Shown: positions 21,505 to 35,235, counted from the stretch's first letter. The stretch: DNA of 64,000 bases from Marinovum sp. (GCF_034669705.1 NZ_JAXMOR010000002.1:50601-114600); one strand, 5' to 3'. Numbers and translations: made by a program. The notes: a model not told the origin generated them from the sequence alone.

Positions 21505-21939
21505 ATGACCCAGGTCAAATCTGGCGACACCGTTGCCATTCACTATACCGGAACGCTGGAAGACGGCGTCACCTTCGACAGCTCGCAGGGCCGCGATCCG
21601 CTGGAATTCACCGTCGGCTCCGGCCAGATCATCCCCGGCCTCGACAAGGCGATCCCGGGCATGGAAGTGGGCGACAAGAAGGTCGTCGACGTGCCGGCCG
21701 ACGAAGCCTATGGCCAGGCCGATCCCAACGCCCGCCAGGCGGTGCCGCGCGCCGACATCCCGGCCGAGATCCCGCTCGACATCGGCACGCAGCTGCAGGT
21801 GCAGACGCCCACCGGTCAGGCGATGCCGGTGACCGTGGTCGACGTGACCGAAGAGCAGGTGACGCTCGACGCCAACCACCCGCTGGCCGGCAAGGACCTG
21901 AAGTTCGCCATCGAGCTGGTCGAGATCAAGGCCGCCTGA
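21505..21939 (+). CDS. slyD: FKBP-type peptidyl-prolyl isomerase (SlyD-like, no His-rich tail)
   Basis: HYTGTL, FDSS, IIPG, AYG, DANHPLAGK motifs. Confidence 0.9.
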   Translation: MTQVKSGDTVAIHYTGTLEDGVTFDSSQGRDPLEFTVGSGQIIPGLDKAIPGMEVGDKKVVDVPADEAYGQADPNARQAVPRADIPAEIPLDIGTQLQVQTPTGQAMPVTVVDVTEEQVTLDANHPLAGKDLKFAIELVEIKAA

Positions 21940-21955
21940 GGCAAGAACGACCGAG

Positions 21956-21978
21956 GACCCGCCGCTCTGCGGCGGGTC
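21956..21978. terminator. GC hairpin between slyD and the convergent pseudogene
   Basis: GACCCGCCGC-tct-GCGGCGGGTC, perfect 10-bp stem. Confidence 0.6.
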
Positions 21979-22460
21979 TCATGCCGCCCGCAGCGGCAAA
22001 TCGAAATGGGCGCGGATCTCCTCAGCGGCCGCCTGCGCCGAGAGCTGCCCGGTGTCGAGCCTGAGACAGCCGTCCCGCGGGACAGGGGCGATTTTGCGCC
22101 GCGCCACGCGAGACGCAGCCGTGACCCGCGCCATCATGATCTCTTCCGGACAGGACAGAAAGACCGGCAGCAGCGTGCCGCCTTCTGCCAGGAGCGCAGC
22201 CTCACATGCCTCGAAAACCGGCAGGTCCGCGGGATGATGATAGGCGTTGGTGGTGATCAGCAGGGGCCTCCCGGTGCGGGCCGCGATGGCGCCGCGATCA
22301 CCAGATCCCAGAACCCCGGCGCGCCGAATTCGAAGACTGACCGCGCCAGATCGATACTCACGTGGTTGTCGAACAGCCGGCCTCCGGTCGGTGACGCGAG
22401 GGCCTGGCCCACCGTCAGCTTGCCGGTCGCGGGGGCGCCGTGAAGAAAAACCAAATTCAT
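21979..22460 (-). pseudogene. Frameshifted P-loop kinase/AAA_33-like gene
   Basis: MNLVFLHGAPATGKLT (Walker A) frame ends at 22257; a shifted frame from ~22290 continues RPLLITT...PVFLSC...RRKI...LDTG...EEIRAHF to a stop at 21979. Confidence 0.7.
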
Positions 22461-22500
22461 CGCCCGAGGCTACGGTTGGCCGGGGCGCGGAGCAACCGGG

Positions 22501-23430
22501 CTAGTAATGCACCGTCACGACAACGCTGTCGCCATAGCTACCTGCCGGCGCCTGCTGACCCGCGTGGATGCGGCCATAGACCGTGAACCTCTGGCCATAG
22601 CCGGTGCCGGTGGCGCTGTTGCGCTGGTTGGCCGCCTCGCCCCAGACCAGGCTGCGGGCAGGGTCGCGGTAAAGCCCGTAGGCCAAGGTGCCCAGCGCCC
22701 CCTGCATCCGCCGCAGTGCCGGGTCCGACACGCCGGGCCCGTCCCCCAGGCCCATCGAGACCGAATACCCGGTACCCGAGGTGCAACGGATATCGACCGC
22801 GGCAGTGGCGTCCGCCGGAGCGGCGAGGTTGCTGATCTGACCGAAATCGAGCGATCCGACATCCAGCTCGCAGCTCGCCACGGTCTGCGCCGAGACGGCG
22901 AAATCCGACACCGGGTGGCTCTGGCCGAAGAGCTCGCAACTGACGATGCCGTAGCTCATCTCGATATGCGGCAGTCCGGAGAAGGTCGACTGGTAGGCGC
23001 CGGTGACGAACTCGGTGCCATTCGCCAGCAGCTCGGCATAGATCGGGATCGTCACCTGTCCGGCAGAGCTGACCACGGCAACCGGCAGGTAGACCTCGTT
23101 CAGCGTGCCATGCACCGCACCGTGTCCGCCAAGGCGCAGCTGATAGGCCAACGACTGGCCGGTCGGGCCGGACATGAAGCGCGGCGCATTGCCGGGCCCT
23201 GCCCCGCCGCTGCCGGCACCGAAGCGGAGGCAGACGCCAACCGTCTCGTTCAGGAGACCCGCGCAGGTCACGGTCAGCGTCCCGGAGGTGCGGTTGACCT
23301 CGCCGGAGCGCAGGCTGACGGCGCCGAAATCGATGTCGCTCATGTTGGCTTCGCAGGTCGCTGCGCGCAGCGGCGTGGTCATCAGCAGGAGGAGGCACAG
23401 GGCCGCGATGACAACCAGGATACGCAGCAT
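22501..23430 (-). CDS. Two-domain spore coat U/CsuE-like pilus tip adhesin
   Basis: Signal peptide, two SCPU-like domains (C...IDFG, C...LDFG, YGLYRD, YGRI), ends VTVHY; ATG overlaps the usher stop (TGATG). Confidence 0.85.
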   Translation of the reverse strand: MLRILVVIAALCLLLLMTTPLRAATCEANMSDIDFGAVSLRSGEVNRTSGTLTVTCAGLLNETVGVCLRFGAGSGGAGPGNAPRFMSGPTGQSLAYQLRLGGHGAVHGTLNEVYLPVAVVSSAGQVTIPIYAELLANGTEFVTGAYQSTFSGLPHIEMSYGIVSCELFGQSHPVSDFAVSAQTVASCELDVGSLDFGQISNLAAPADATAAVDIRCTSGTGYSVSMGLGDGPGVSDPALRRMQGALGTLAYGLYRDPARSLVWGEAANQRNSATGTGYGQRFTVYGRIHAGQQAPAGSYGDSVVVTVHY

Positions 23431-25829
23431 CAAAGGCACTCCACCGGATCGATCACCGCCTGCAGCGCCGCCGAGGGGCGGTAGGCGAAGCGCGCGGTAC
23501 AGGTCCCGCCGGCGATCTCGGCGGTGATGCTGTTGCTGGCTGCGGGCGTCTCGATCCAGGCCTCGCCGTCATAGCCGACATAGGTCTCCGAGCCGCTGCC
23601 GTTGACATGGATCACCGTGCCCGCCGGCAGCACCGCGCCGCTGGCATCGCGCAGCACCGCCAGCACCCCGCCTTCGGTCGTGCCGCCAAAGCTGACGTAG
23701 TGCCCGGCCCCGCGCGCCGGCACCATCTCGGCCGCCGAGACGCCGAGCGAGGCCGTGTCAGGCAGGTCGCGCACATTGACCGAGAGCCGGTTGCGGCGAT
23801 AGGCGTTGAGCCCGTTGACCAGCACCCGTCCGCGGGCATTGGTGCGCGCCACCGGGCGATTGTCGAGATAGACCGGCACATCTGAAACGCCGAGGTCGAC
23901 CACCGCGAAGCCGTCCTTCACGGTATTGCCCATGGCGAACTCGCGCCCTGCAAGCGCCGCCGCGCCGTCGATCTGGCCGCGCAGATAGGCTCCGTCTCCC
24001 TGGGTCTGAACCTCGGCCGTAAGCTCGCCGTAGCGGCTGCGGTAGTCGCCCTTCAGCCGCACCGGCACCCGGTCGCCGCGCTGCGCCGCCTGCAGGTGAT
24101 AGCCCCAGGCGCCGATGCCCTCGCCGCGGGTCCGGCTGAGGGTCAGGTCGCGGGTCTCGCGGCCGGTGCTGTCGCGATAGGCGGTGGCCTGGCCATGGGT
24201 GCGCTTGCCCAGCTTCATCGACAGGCCGGCCGTGATCCGGGTGTCGTGGGTCTCGAAGCTGTAGCTGCCGTTGAGGCTGAAGGCGCCGCGCCCGCCGCGG
24301 ATCGGCGTGCCAAAGGAGATCGAGGCCAGTTCGTCGCGCGAGGTCTCGCGGCGGGCGCTGACATAGGACAGGCCGAGCCGACGGTTCGACTTGCTGAACG
24401 GAATCGACAGGCTGACCACGTCCTGCGCAAGCGGCACTTCGAGTAGCGAGCCGGCGGTGCCGCCGGAGGTCTCGAGGTAATCGAGCCCGGTGACATAGGC
24501 GAGATCGGCAAAGCCCGGGTCGGTGCGGCTGCTCGAGGTGCGGAGATCGACCTTGCCGATCTGGGTCTGCAGGTCGAGTTGGGCGAAATTGCCTGTGCGG
24601 CCCATGAAATCGCTGCTTGCCAGCGCCAGCCGCACCTCGCCCAGTGACAGCGGCACCGCGGTCAGCCCCACGCCCGCCAGCTGCAGCCGGTCGGTGGCGC
24701 CGAAATGGCCGTCGACGGTCAGCGTCTTGCTCAACCCGTAGCGCAGGCTGGCGGTGAAGATACCGTCGTTGCCGTAATCGTTGCTGGTGACGCCAAAGCC
24801 TTCGCGGGCGCGGCCAAAGGCCAGCGCATAATCCGCCATCCCCGGCTTGAGCAGCCCGTCGGAGCTGAAGAAGCTGACCGTGCGCCGGCTGATCCGGCCA
24901 TCGATGCCGCGCACCACGATCTCGGCGTCGCCGCCACCCTGCACCGGCACATCCTCGAGCCGAAAGGGGCCATCGGTGACATTGGCGGAAAACACCCGGC
25001 TGTTCTCGATGAAGACATCGACCGACGAGGGCACCGCCGCGGCGCCGGAATAGGAAAACCGCTGGTCGGTCACCAGATCCCTGCGCAGCGAGAAGTCCCG
25101 CCGCAGCTCGATGCCGGCCATGCGGATCGGCCGGGTCCAGCTGGGCCCGGCGGTGGTGAAATCGCCCAGCGTCAGGCTCAGCGCCGGTTCCGGCAGGTCG
25201 GTGGTGAACGAGGTCTCGAGCCGCAGCGAGCGGGCCTCGCCCCCGGGGCCGAGGTCTTGGGTGAAATAGCCTGAACTCGCCAGCCGGCCCAGCGGCGCAA
25301 ATACCCAACCATCGAGGTTGGCCGAGAGGGTGCCGTCGTAATGTTCGAAACTGTCGCCAAAGCCGGTGTCACCGACCAGCGAGTAATTCAGCACCGCACC
25401 CCAAGCGCCTTCGGAGGCTTCGAACTCGGGCGCAAAGGCGGCCGAGACCACTTCTGGCAGCAGGCCGTCATGCGGCACGGCGATATGAATCAGCTGGTTG
25501 GCGGGATCGTATTGATAGCTCAGCCCCTCGATCGACGAGAGCCGCACCATCCGAGCGGTGCCGAGCGGCGGCCGGATGCCCAGCTCCTGCAACTCGCTGC
25601 GCGGCGCGGCCATGTTGCTGCCGTCGAGATCGGCCGAGAACTCGGCGATCAGCTCGGTGTCGAGCCCGTTGACCGTCACTGCGAGATAGAGCGGCACCGC
25701 TTCAGCGTCGAGGTCCTCTGACACCTCGGCGGTGAGCAGCAGATCGGACATCATGTCGGTCTGGGCCACCGCGGCAGTCAGCCCGAGGCCTATGGCGCCG
25801 GCAGTGAGGGTCAAGCGGATCGCATACAT
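23430..25829 (-). CDS. Fimbrial outer-membrane usher (CsuD/PapC-like)
   Basis: VLNY, RLET, GIELRR, PSSVDVFIEN, GPF, DG, TNARG motifs, C-terminal Cys pair; GGAGA RBS. Confidence 0.92.
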   Translation of the reverse strand: MYAIRLTLTAGAIGLGLTAAVAQTDMMSDLLLTAEVSEDLDAEAVPLYLAVTVNGLDTELIAEFSADLDGSNMAAPRSELQELGIRPPLGTARMVRLSSIEGLSYQYDPANQLIHIAVPHDGLLPEVVSAAFAPEFEASEGAWGAVLNYSLVGDTGFGDSFEHYDGTLSANLDGWVFAPLGRLASSGYFTQDLGPGGEARSLRLETSFTTDLPEPALSLTLGDFTTAGPSWTRPIRMAGIELRRDFSLRRDLVTDQRFSYSGAAAVPSSVDVFIENSRVFSANVTDGPFRLEDVPVQGGGDAEIVVRGIDGRISRRTVSFFSSDGLLKPGMADYALAFGRAREGFGVTSNDYGNDGIFTASLRYGLSKTLTVDGHFGATDRLQLAGVGLTAVPLSLGEVRLALASSDFMGRTGNFAQLDLQTQIGKVDLRTSSSRTDPGFADLAYVTGLDYLETSGGTAGSLLEVPLAQDVVSLSIPFSKSNRRLGLSYVSARRETSRDELASISFGTPIRGGRGAFSLNGSYSFETHDTRITAGLSMKLGKRTHGQATAYRDSTGRETRDLTLSRTRGEGIGAWGYHLQAAQRGDRVPVRLKGDYRSRYGELTAEVQTQGDGAYLRGQIDGAAALAGREFAMGNTVKDGFAVVDLGVSDVPVYLDNRPVARTNARGRVLVNGLNAYRRNRLSVNVRDLPDTASLGVSAAEMVPARGAGHYVSFGGTTEGGVLAVLRDASGAVLPAGTVIHVNGSGSETYVGYDGEAWIETPAASNSITAEIAGGTCTARFAYRPSAALQAVIDPVECL

Positions 25830-25889
25830 GGCAGGTCTCCGGCGCCGCCGTCCGACGAGGGCAACGCCGCCTTGGAGGTCAGGGATCGG

Positions 25890-26333
25890 TCACGACGAAA
25901 AACACAGCGGCACCGAGTGGCGCACCTGAAGTTTCACGGCCTTGCCGGACTGCTCCTTGCCGGGCAGCCGGTCGACCAGCACGCGGTAGCATTCCTGCCC
26001 CCGCACCGGGCGCCGGTTGGTTCGCACCACGCGCACCGTCAGCTCCTGCCGGGGACGCAGCTTGGCGATCGGCGGGCTGACCACCACATCACGGGTGGCG
26101 CTGACCCGGTCGGGGCCATGCCGCGGGTTCCAAGCCACCACCCGCAGCTGCACGACCGAGAGCTCGCGGCCGCCGGCCTTGATCGTCAGCGTCGTCTGCT
26201 GGCCCTTGCCGGGCACCGCCAGACGCGTCGGAGAGACCGACACGCTGTCGGCCAGTGTGAGGCCGGGCGCCGAGATCAGCGCCGCAGCCAGAAGCGCGTG
26301 TTTCGCGCCGTAGAGGAACCTGGAAATTGTCAT
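25890..26333 (-). CDS. Fimbrial chaperone, PapD-N domain only (147 aa)
   Basis: Signal peptide, VSPTR, VVSPP, QELTVRV, YRVLVDRLP, HSVPL; stops right after the G1 strand. Confidence 0.85.
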   Translation of the reverse strand: MTISRFLYGAKHALLAAALISAPGLTLADSVSVSPTRLAVPGKGQQTTLTIKAGGRELSVVQLRVVAWNPRHGPDRVSATRDVVVSPPIAKLRPRQELTVRVVRTNRRPVRGQECYRVLVDRLPGKEQSGKAVKLQVRHSVPLCFSS

Positions 26334-26365
26334 GAATCTACCTTTTCGATTAATTGCACGGGCCA

Positions 26366-26863
26366 TTAGTTGGTGCCGTAATTCAGCGTCACCAGCAGCG
26401 TGTCGTCATAGGTGCCGGCGGTGTAGCTGCCCGCGGGGATCTGGCCGTAGACTTGGATCGCCTTGGGGGTCAGCGCCTGGACCGCGCCGGAATAGACCGC
26501 ATCGTTGACCCCGACCTCGGTCGAGCGGGCACTGGAATCAAAGACCTTGTAGGGCATCAGCGCGCCGCTGGTGGACTTCATGTGGCGAGCGCCGCCGCTG
26601 ACATTCGAGCCGCCGCCGAGCGTGACAGAAACTGACTGGTGCGTCCCGGTGCAGGTCACCGTGATCAGGCCCTGGGTGGTCTCGTTGGTGGCTTGGCTGG
26701 TGCTGATCGAGGCAAAGCTCATGCCGGTCCCGGCAGCCAGAAGACAGGTGTCGGCGACGATCGCCTGTACCCCGAGGTTGGCGGTGGATTGCGCGGCACT
26801 GGCAGGTGCGGCAAGGATCGAGAGAGACAGGCAGAACGCGCCTGCGAGCAGTTTGGTGGTCAT
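26366..26863 (-). CDS. Major pilin, spore coat U/CsuA-B-like
   Basis: AAGGAG RBS, signal peptide, Cys pair (DTC...VTC), YGQIP, YDDTLLVTLNY. Confidence 0.88.
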   Translation of the reverse strand: MTTKLLAGAFCLSLSILAAPASAAQSTANLGVQAIVADTCLLAAGTGMSFASISTSQATNETTQGLITVTCTGTHQSVSVTLGGGSNVSGGARHMKSTSGALMPYKVFDSSARSTEVGVNDAVYSGAVQALTPKAIQVYGQIPAGSYTAGTYDDTLLVTLNYGTN

Positions 26864-27049
26864 TTGCGTCTCCTTGGTTGAGGCACGTCCCGGCGGTTTC
26901 GTCGGGGAAAACGTGCAGTTCAGGTGCATCTATTTCTGGGTCGCGATTGCGCCGGAAATGTGTCTCGGAAACGCATTGATTCTGTCTGATTTGGAGGCTT
27001 GTTTGACTAAACCCTTTATAAACCGGCTGGATAAATAGGCCGCGAAACG

Positions 27050-27074
27050 AAAAACCCCCGGCGCGAACCGGGGG
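27050..27074 (-). terminator. Rho-independent terminator of metG
   Basis: Minus strand CCCCCGG-ttcgcg-CCGGGGG followed by TTTTT. Confidence 0.8.
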
Positions 27075-27120
27075 TGACTGGTGTCAATTCAAAGGCGTTT
27101 TGGCCGGCGCGCGGCGGCCT

Positions 27121-28839
27121 TCAGTCGCGGGTGCCGGCGAATTTTTCCTGCCAGCCGGCGCGCTCGTCGTCGGTGATCTTGCGGAAGGTCACATCCGGCA
27201 CGGTAAAGCCGTGCCCCGGCGCCAGCTCGGCCAGTGCCGCGTCCAGATCGTCGGGCCAATCACTGGCCTCGCTGTGCATGGCCGCCATCAGCTGCTCGCA
27301 GGCGTCCGGGATGAAGGGGCTTGAAATCACAGCGTAAAACCGGATCAGACTGAGCGCCAGCCGGATCTGCGCCGCCGCCTGCTCGGGGTCGGTCTTGAAG
27401 GTCGACCAGGGCGCGGCGTCCTGCAGGTACTCGTTCCCGGCGACCCAGATGGCCCGCAGTTCCTGCGCCGCCTTGCGCACCTCGATCGCCTCCATATGGC
27501 CTTCGTAGGCGCGCAGGCGGGTGGTCAGATCGGCAATCAGCTGCGCCTCGCGCGGGCCGAAGCTGCCGCCTTCCGGCACCTCTTCGCCGAACTTCGAGCG
27601 GCAGAACTTGGTGACCCGGCTGACGAAGTTTCCGAGCACGTCGGCCAGGTCCTTGTTGACCGAAGCCTGGAAGTTCTCCCAGGTGAACTCGCTGTCGGAA
27701 CTTTCCGGAGCGTGGCTCAAAAGCCACCACCGCCAATAGTCCGCCGGCAGGATCGCCAGCGCCTGGTCCATGAATACCCCCCGGCCCTGAGAGGTCGAGA
27801 ACTGGCCGCCGTCGTAATTGAGGTAGTTGAACGACTTGATGTAGTCGACCAGCTTCCACGGCTCGCCAGAGCCCAGGATCGTCGCCGGAAAGCTGAGGGT
27901 GTGGAACGGCACGTTGTCCTTGCCCATGAACTGGGTGTAGCGCACGTCCTCCGCGCCCTTGTCGGTGCGCCACCAGCGCTGCCAGTCGGCCTCGCCCTTC
28001 CCGTTGGCCTCTGCCCATTCACCGGCGCAGGCGATATATTCGATCGGCGCGTCGAACCAGACGTAGAACACCTTGCCCTCCATCCCGGGCCAGTCCTCGT
28101 CGCCCTTTTTGACCGGGATGCCCCAGTCGAGATCGCGGGTAATGCCGCGGTCCTGCAGCCCGTCACCGTCGTTCAGCCATTTCCTGGCGATCGACGTCGT
28201 CAGCACCGGCCAGTCGGACTTGCCGTCGATCCAGTCGTTCAACTGACCGCGCATGCCGGATTGCTTCAGGTAGAGGTGCTTGGTCTCGCGCACCTCGAGA
28301 TCGGTCGAGCCGGAGATCGCGCTGCGCGGCTCGATCAGGTCGGTCGGGTCAAGCTGCTTGGTGCAGTTCTCACACTGGTCGCCGCGGGCGCGGTCGTAGC
28401 CGCAGTTGGGACAGGTGCCCTCGATGTAGCGGTCCGGCAGGAAGCGGCCGTCCGCGTGGGAATAGACCTGCTTCTCGCTGACCTCGCGGATCAGCCCCGC
28501 CTCGGCCAGCCGGCCGGCGAAATGTTGGGTCAGCGCGTGGTTCTGCGGGCTCGACGAGCGGCCGAAGTGATCGAAGCTGAGGCGGAAGCCGCGGGCGATC
28601 TCGGCCTGTGTCGCATGCATTTCGGCGCAGTATTCCGCGACCGGCTTGCCGGCCTTGGCCGCGGCCAGTTCCGCCGGGGTGCCATGTTCGTCGGTGGCGC
28701 AGAGAAACATCACCTCCTGCCCGCGGGCACGCTGGTAGCGGGCGAAGAGATCGGCCGGCAGCTGGGAGCCGATCAGGTTGCCCAGATGCTTGATCCCGTT
28801 GATGTAGGGAATGGCAGAGGTGATGAGGTGGCGTGTCAT
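27121..28839 (-). CDS. metG: Methionyl-tRNA synthetase
   Basis: AIPYIN...HLGN, DEHG, Zn knuckle CPNC...CENC, YVWFDA, GKDN, FSTS. Confidence 0.97.
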   Translation of the reverse strand: MTRHLITSAIPYINGIKHLGNLIGSQLPADLFARYQRARGQEVMFLCATDEHGTPAELAAAKAGKPVAEYCAEMHATQAEIARGFRLSFDHFGRSSSPQNHALTQHFAGRLAEAGLIREVSEKQVYSHADGRFLPDRYIEGTCPNCGYDRARGDQCENCTKQLDPTDLIEPRSAISGSTDLEVRETKHLYLKQSGMRGQLNDWIDGKSDWPVLTTSIARKWLNDGDGLQDRGITRDLDWGIPVKKGDEDWPGMEGKVFYVWFDAPIEYIACAGEWAEANGKGEADWQRWWRTDKGAEDVRYTQFMGKDNVPFHTLSFPATILGSGEPWKLVDYIKSFNYLNYDGGQFSTSQGRGVFMDQALAILPADYWRWWLLSHAPESSDSEFTWENFQASVNKDLADVLGNFVSRVTKFCRSKFGEEVPEGGSFGPREAQLIADLTTRLRAYEGHMEAIEVRKAAQELRAIWVAGNEYLQDAAPWSTFKTDPEQAAAQIRLALSLIRFYAVISSPFIPDACEQLMAAMHSEASDWPDDLDAALAELAPGHGFTVPDVTFRKITDDERAGWQEKFAGTRD

Positions 28840-29003
28840 GAGCGTCCCCGCAAATCGTTTGGCCCCGTTTAACGCAGGCCGCCACGGGGGGCCAGAGGCT
28901 CAGTCATGATGTTGCCGTGCCGCGCGCCGGACCGGGGAATGGGGGGCTTCTGGCTGCGTCCCGGCACACATCGCCGGCGTTCCCGCCCCCATGCGCCACG
29001 TGA

Positions 29004-29143
29004 GCCGGGCCAGCGCCGTCCCGCGGGGGGCACCCTTCAGTCTCAGTCTGGCAGTGTATCCCGGCAAAGCCCGTGGGTCCTCTCAGGATCGCGGGAACGC
29101 AAGCCAAAGCGCCGCCCCGGGGGGGGGACGGCGCTGGCCCGGC
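29004..29143. repeat. 19-bp perfect inverted repeat pair flanking ~100 bp
   Basis: GCCGGGCCAGCGCCGTCCC (29004-29022) and its reverse complement (29125-29143). Confidence 0.8.
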
Positions 29144-29173
29144 GGCTTCGCCTTTGTTCCGGGCCGGGATGCC

Positions 29174-30406
<1,233 letters not shown>

Positions 30407-30499
30407 GGTGCACCTGTATCGGTTTCGCCGCTCTGAATATAGCCGCGGGGCGCGGAAGGAAAGCCTTTGTGCGGCGTGGTCTGCCACCGGAACCGCGCC

Positions 30500-30780
30500 C
30501 GTCCCGGGCCTGCCCCGGGACCTCTTTCAATGGCCTCGCGGCGCCCGAAATCAAGTCGGGGGCGTGAACCGAAGCCTTTGCGCCGCGCGAGTGGCGCCAC
30601 CTCCTCCGCCGTCCCGGGCTCGGCCCGGAACCTCTTGCGGAGACCGCGAGGCCCCGGATCAAGTCCGGGGCGTGAACCGCAGCCCATGCGCCGCGCGAGT
30701 GGCGCCATCTCCCCCGCCGTCCCGGGCCTGACCAGGGACCTCCCGCGGCGACCGCGAGACGCCGGAGCAGGTCCGGGGCC
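30500..30780. repeat. ~110-bp tandem array of inverted REP pairs (repeat family A)
   Basis: CGTCCCGGG recurs at 30500, 30610 and 30718; partner GAGGCCCCGGATCAAGTCCGGGGCG. Confidence 0.85.
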
Positions 30781-30802
30781 AAGCGGCACGGGAAACGCAA
30801 AA

Positions 30803-30824
30803 CGGCGCGCCCCGGGGGCACGCC
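30803..30824 (-). terminator. Terminator of the atp F1 operon
   Basis: Minus strand CGGCGTGCCC...GGGCGCGCCG hairpin followed by TTTTGCGTTT. Confidence 0.6.
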
Positions 30825-30850
30825 GCTTCATAATCACTGGCCGGTGAGGC

Positions 30851-31285
30851 TCAGAGGTTCGGCTGTTGCGAGGACAGGCCGATCTCGCCGCCCATGGCGA
30901 CCATGTCCGCCACCAGCTTGACCGCCTCGTCGACGGCATTGGTGTCGGGCTCTTTCGCGTCCTTGGCCGATTTGTGCACGGCGGCGGCCTCGGCGATCAT
31001 CTCGTCGAGCAGCTCCTGCGTCATCTCGGCGCGCGGAATGGCGCGTTCGGCCAGCACGGTCACGCCGTCGGACTTGATCTGGGCGAAACCACCGGTGACG
31101 ACATATTCCGCCGTCTCGGCACCTTCGATCCGCAGAACGCCGGGGCGCAGCGTGGTGATGGTCGGCGAATGATCGGCCATCGCCGTCATGTCACCGTCCG
31201 CACCGGGGATCTGGACCGCGGTCACCTTCAGCGAAGCAAGGCTGCGCTCGGGGCTGACCAGGTCGAATTGCATTTCGTCTGCCAT
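30851..31285 (-). CDS. atpC: F1 ATP synthase epsilon subunit
   Basis: FDLVSPE, PG..GDM, H.P.ITTL.PG, GGF motifs. Confidence 0.95.
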   Translation of the reverse strand: MADEMQFDLVSPERSLASLKVTAVQIPGADGDMTAMADHSPTITTLRPGVLRIEGAETAEYVVTGGFAQIKSDGVTVLAERAIPRAEMTQELLDEMIAEAAAVHKSAKDAKEPDTNAVDEAVKLVADMVAMGGEIGLSSQQPNL

Positions 31286-31357
31286 GTTCTTCTCCTTGGG
31301 AGAGGTCGTCCCTCTGCGGGCCCGGGCGGGCCCTCATCGGGACGACCGGCCGTTTCC

Positions 31358-33684
<2,327 letters not shown>

Positions 33685-33696
33685 TGCCCTATCTCC

Positions 33697-35235
33697 TTAT
33701 GAGAAGTCGGCGGCGAATTCGTCCAGTGCGGCGCGGATCTTGTCCTCGGCTTCACCTTTGATCTTGGGGTCTTCCTCGGTGATGTAGTCCAGAAGGTCGG
33801 CGTGCTTGGAGCGCAGGTGCTGCAGCAGGCCCTTCTCGAAACGACCCACGTCCGAGACCTTGATCTTGTCGAGGTAGCCCTTGGTGCCGGCGAAGATGAC
33901 GCAGACGATCTCGGCGTTGGTCAGCGGCGAATACTGCGGCTGCTTCATCAGCTCGGTCAGACGCGCACCACGGTTCAGCAACTGCTGGGTCGCGGCGTCG
34001 AGGTCGGACCCGAACTGCGCAAAGGCCGCCATTTCGCGGTACTGCGCCAGTTCCAGTTTCACCGGGCCGGCGACCGATTTCATCGCGTTGGTCTGGGCGG
34101 ACGACCCCACCCGCGAGACCGACAGACCGGTGTTCACGGCCGGGCGGATACCCTGATAGAACAGCTCGGTTTCGAGGAAGATCTGGCCGTCGGTGATCGA
34201 GATCACGTTGGTCGGAATAAACGCCGACACGTCGCCGCCCTGGGTTTCGATGATCGGCAGAGCGGTCAGCGAGCCCGAACCGTTGTCTTCGTTCAGCTTG
34301 GCCGAACGCTCCAGAAGGCGGGAGTGGAGGTAGAAGACGTCACCCGGATAGGCTTCGCGGCCCGGCGGACGACGCAGCAGCAGCGACATCTGACGGTAGG
34401 ACACGGCCTGCTTGGAGAGGTCATCATAGATGATCAGCGCGTGCTTGCCGTTGTCACGGAAGTACTCGGCCATCGCGGTCGCGGCATAGGGCGCGAGGAA
34501 CTGCATCGGCGCCGGCTCGGAAGCGGTGGCGGCAACGACGATCGAATAGTCGATGGCGCCGGACTCCTCGAGACGCTTCACCAGCTGCGCCACGGTCGAA
34601 CGCTTCTGGCCGATCGCGACATAGACGCAGTAGAGCTTCTTGCTCTCGTCGTCGCCGGCGGCGTCGTTGTAGGATTTCTGGTTCAGAACCGCGTCGAGCG
34701 CGACGGCGGTCTTGCCGGTCTGACGGTCGCCAATGATCAGCTCGCGCTGGCCACGGCCGATCGGGATCATCGAGTCGACGGCCTTGAGGCCGGTCGCCAT
34801 CGGCTCATGCACCGATTTACGCGGAATGATGCCGGGGGCCTTCACGTCTGCAATGCGGCGCTCGGAGGCATTGATCGGACCCTTGCCGTCGAGCGGGTTG
34901 CCGAGACCGTCGACCACCCGGCCCAGCAGCTCGGGGCCGGCGGGGACGTCCACGATCGAGTTGGTGCGCTTGACGGTGTCGCCTTCCTTGATGTCCCGGT
35001 CGGAGCCGAAGATCACCACGCCGACGTTGTCGGTCTCGAGGTTGAGCGCCATGCCCATGATGCCGCCGGGGAATTCGACCATCTCGCCCGCCTGGACGCT
35101 GTCGAGGCCGTAGACCCGCGCGATACCGTCACCGACGCTGAGCACGCGGCCCACTTCGGCGACTTCGGCTTCTTGCCCGAAGTTCTTGATCTGCTCCTTT
35201 AGGATCGCAGAAATCTCGGCTGCTTGGATACCCAT
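33697..35235 (-). CDS. atpA: F1 ATP synthase alpha subunit
   Basis: [27 protein letters not shown]. Confidence 0.98.
   Translation of the reverse strand: MGIQAAEISAILKEQIKNFGQEAEVAEVGRVLSVGDGIARVYGLDSVQAGEMVEFPGGIMGMALNLETDNVGVVIFGSDRDIKEGDTVKRTNSIVDVPAGPELLGRVVDGLGNPLDGKGPINASERRIADVKAPGIIPRKSVHEPMATGLKAVDSMIPIGRGQRELIIGDRQTGKTAVALDAVLNQKSYNDAAGDDESKKLYCVYVAIGQKRSTVAQLVKRLEESGAIDYSIVVAATASEPAPMQFLAPYAATAMAEYFRDNGKHALIIYDDLSKQAVSYRQMSLLLRRPPGREAYPGDVFYLHSRLLERSAKLNEDNGSGSLTALPIIETQGGDVSAFIPTNVISITDGQIFLETELFYQGIRPAVNTGLSVSRVGSSAQTNAMKSVAGPVKLELAQYREMAAFAQFGSDLDAATQQLLNRGARLTELMKQPQYSPLTNAEIVCVIFAGTKGYLDKIKVSDVGRFEKGLLQHLRSKHADLLDYITEEDPKIKGEAEDKIRAALDEFAADFS

Noticed and set aside
27007-27021. 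CTAA-N7-ATAA upstream of the pilin gene as a CtrA box
   Set aside because: Both halves are mismatched inside an AT-rich tract, so chance is likely.
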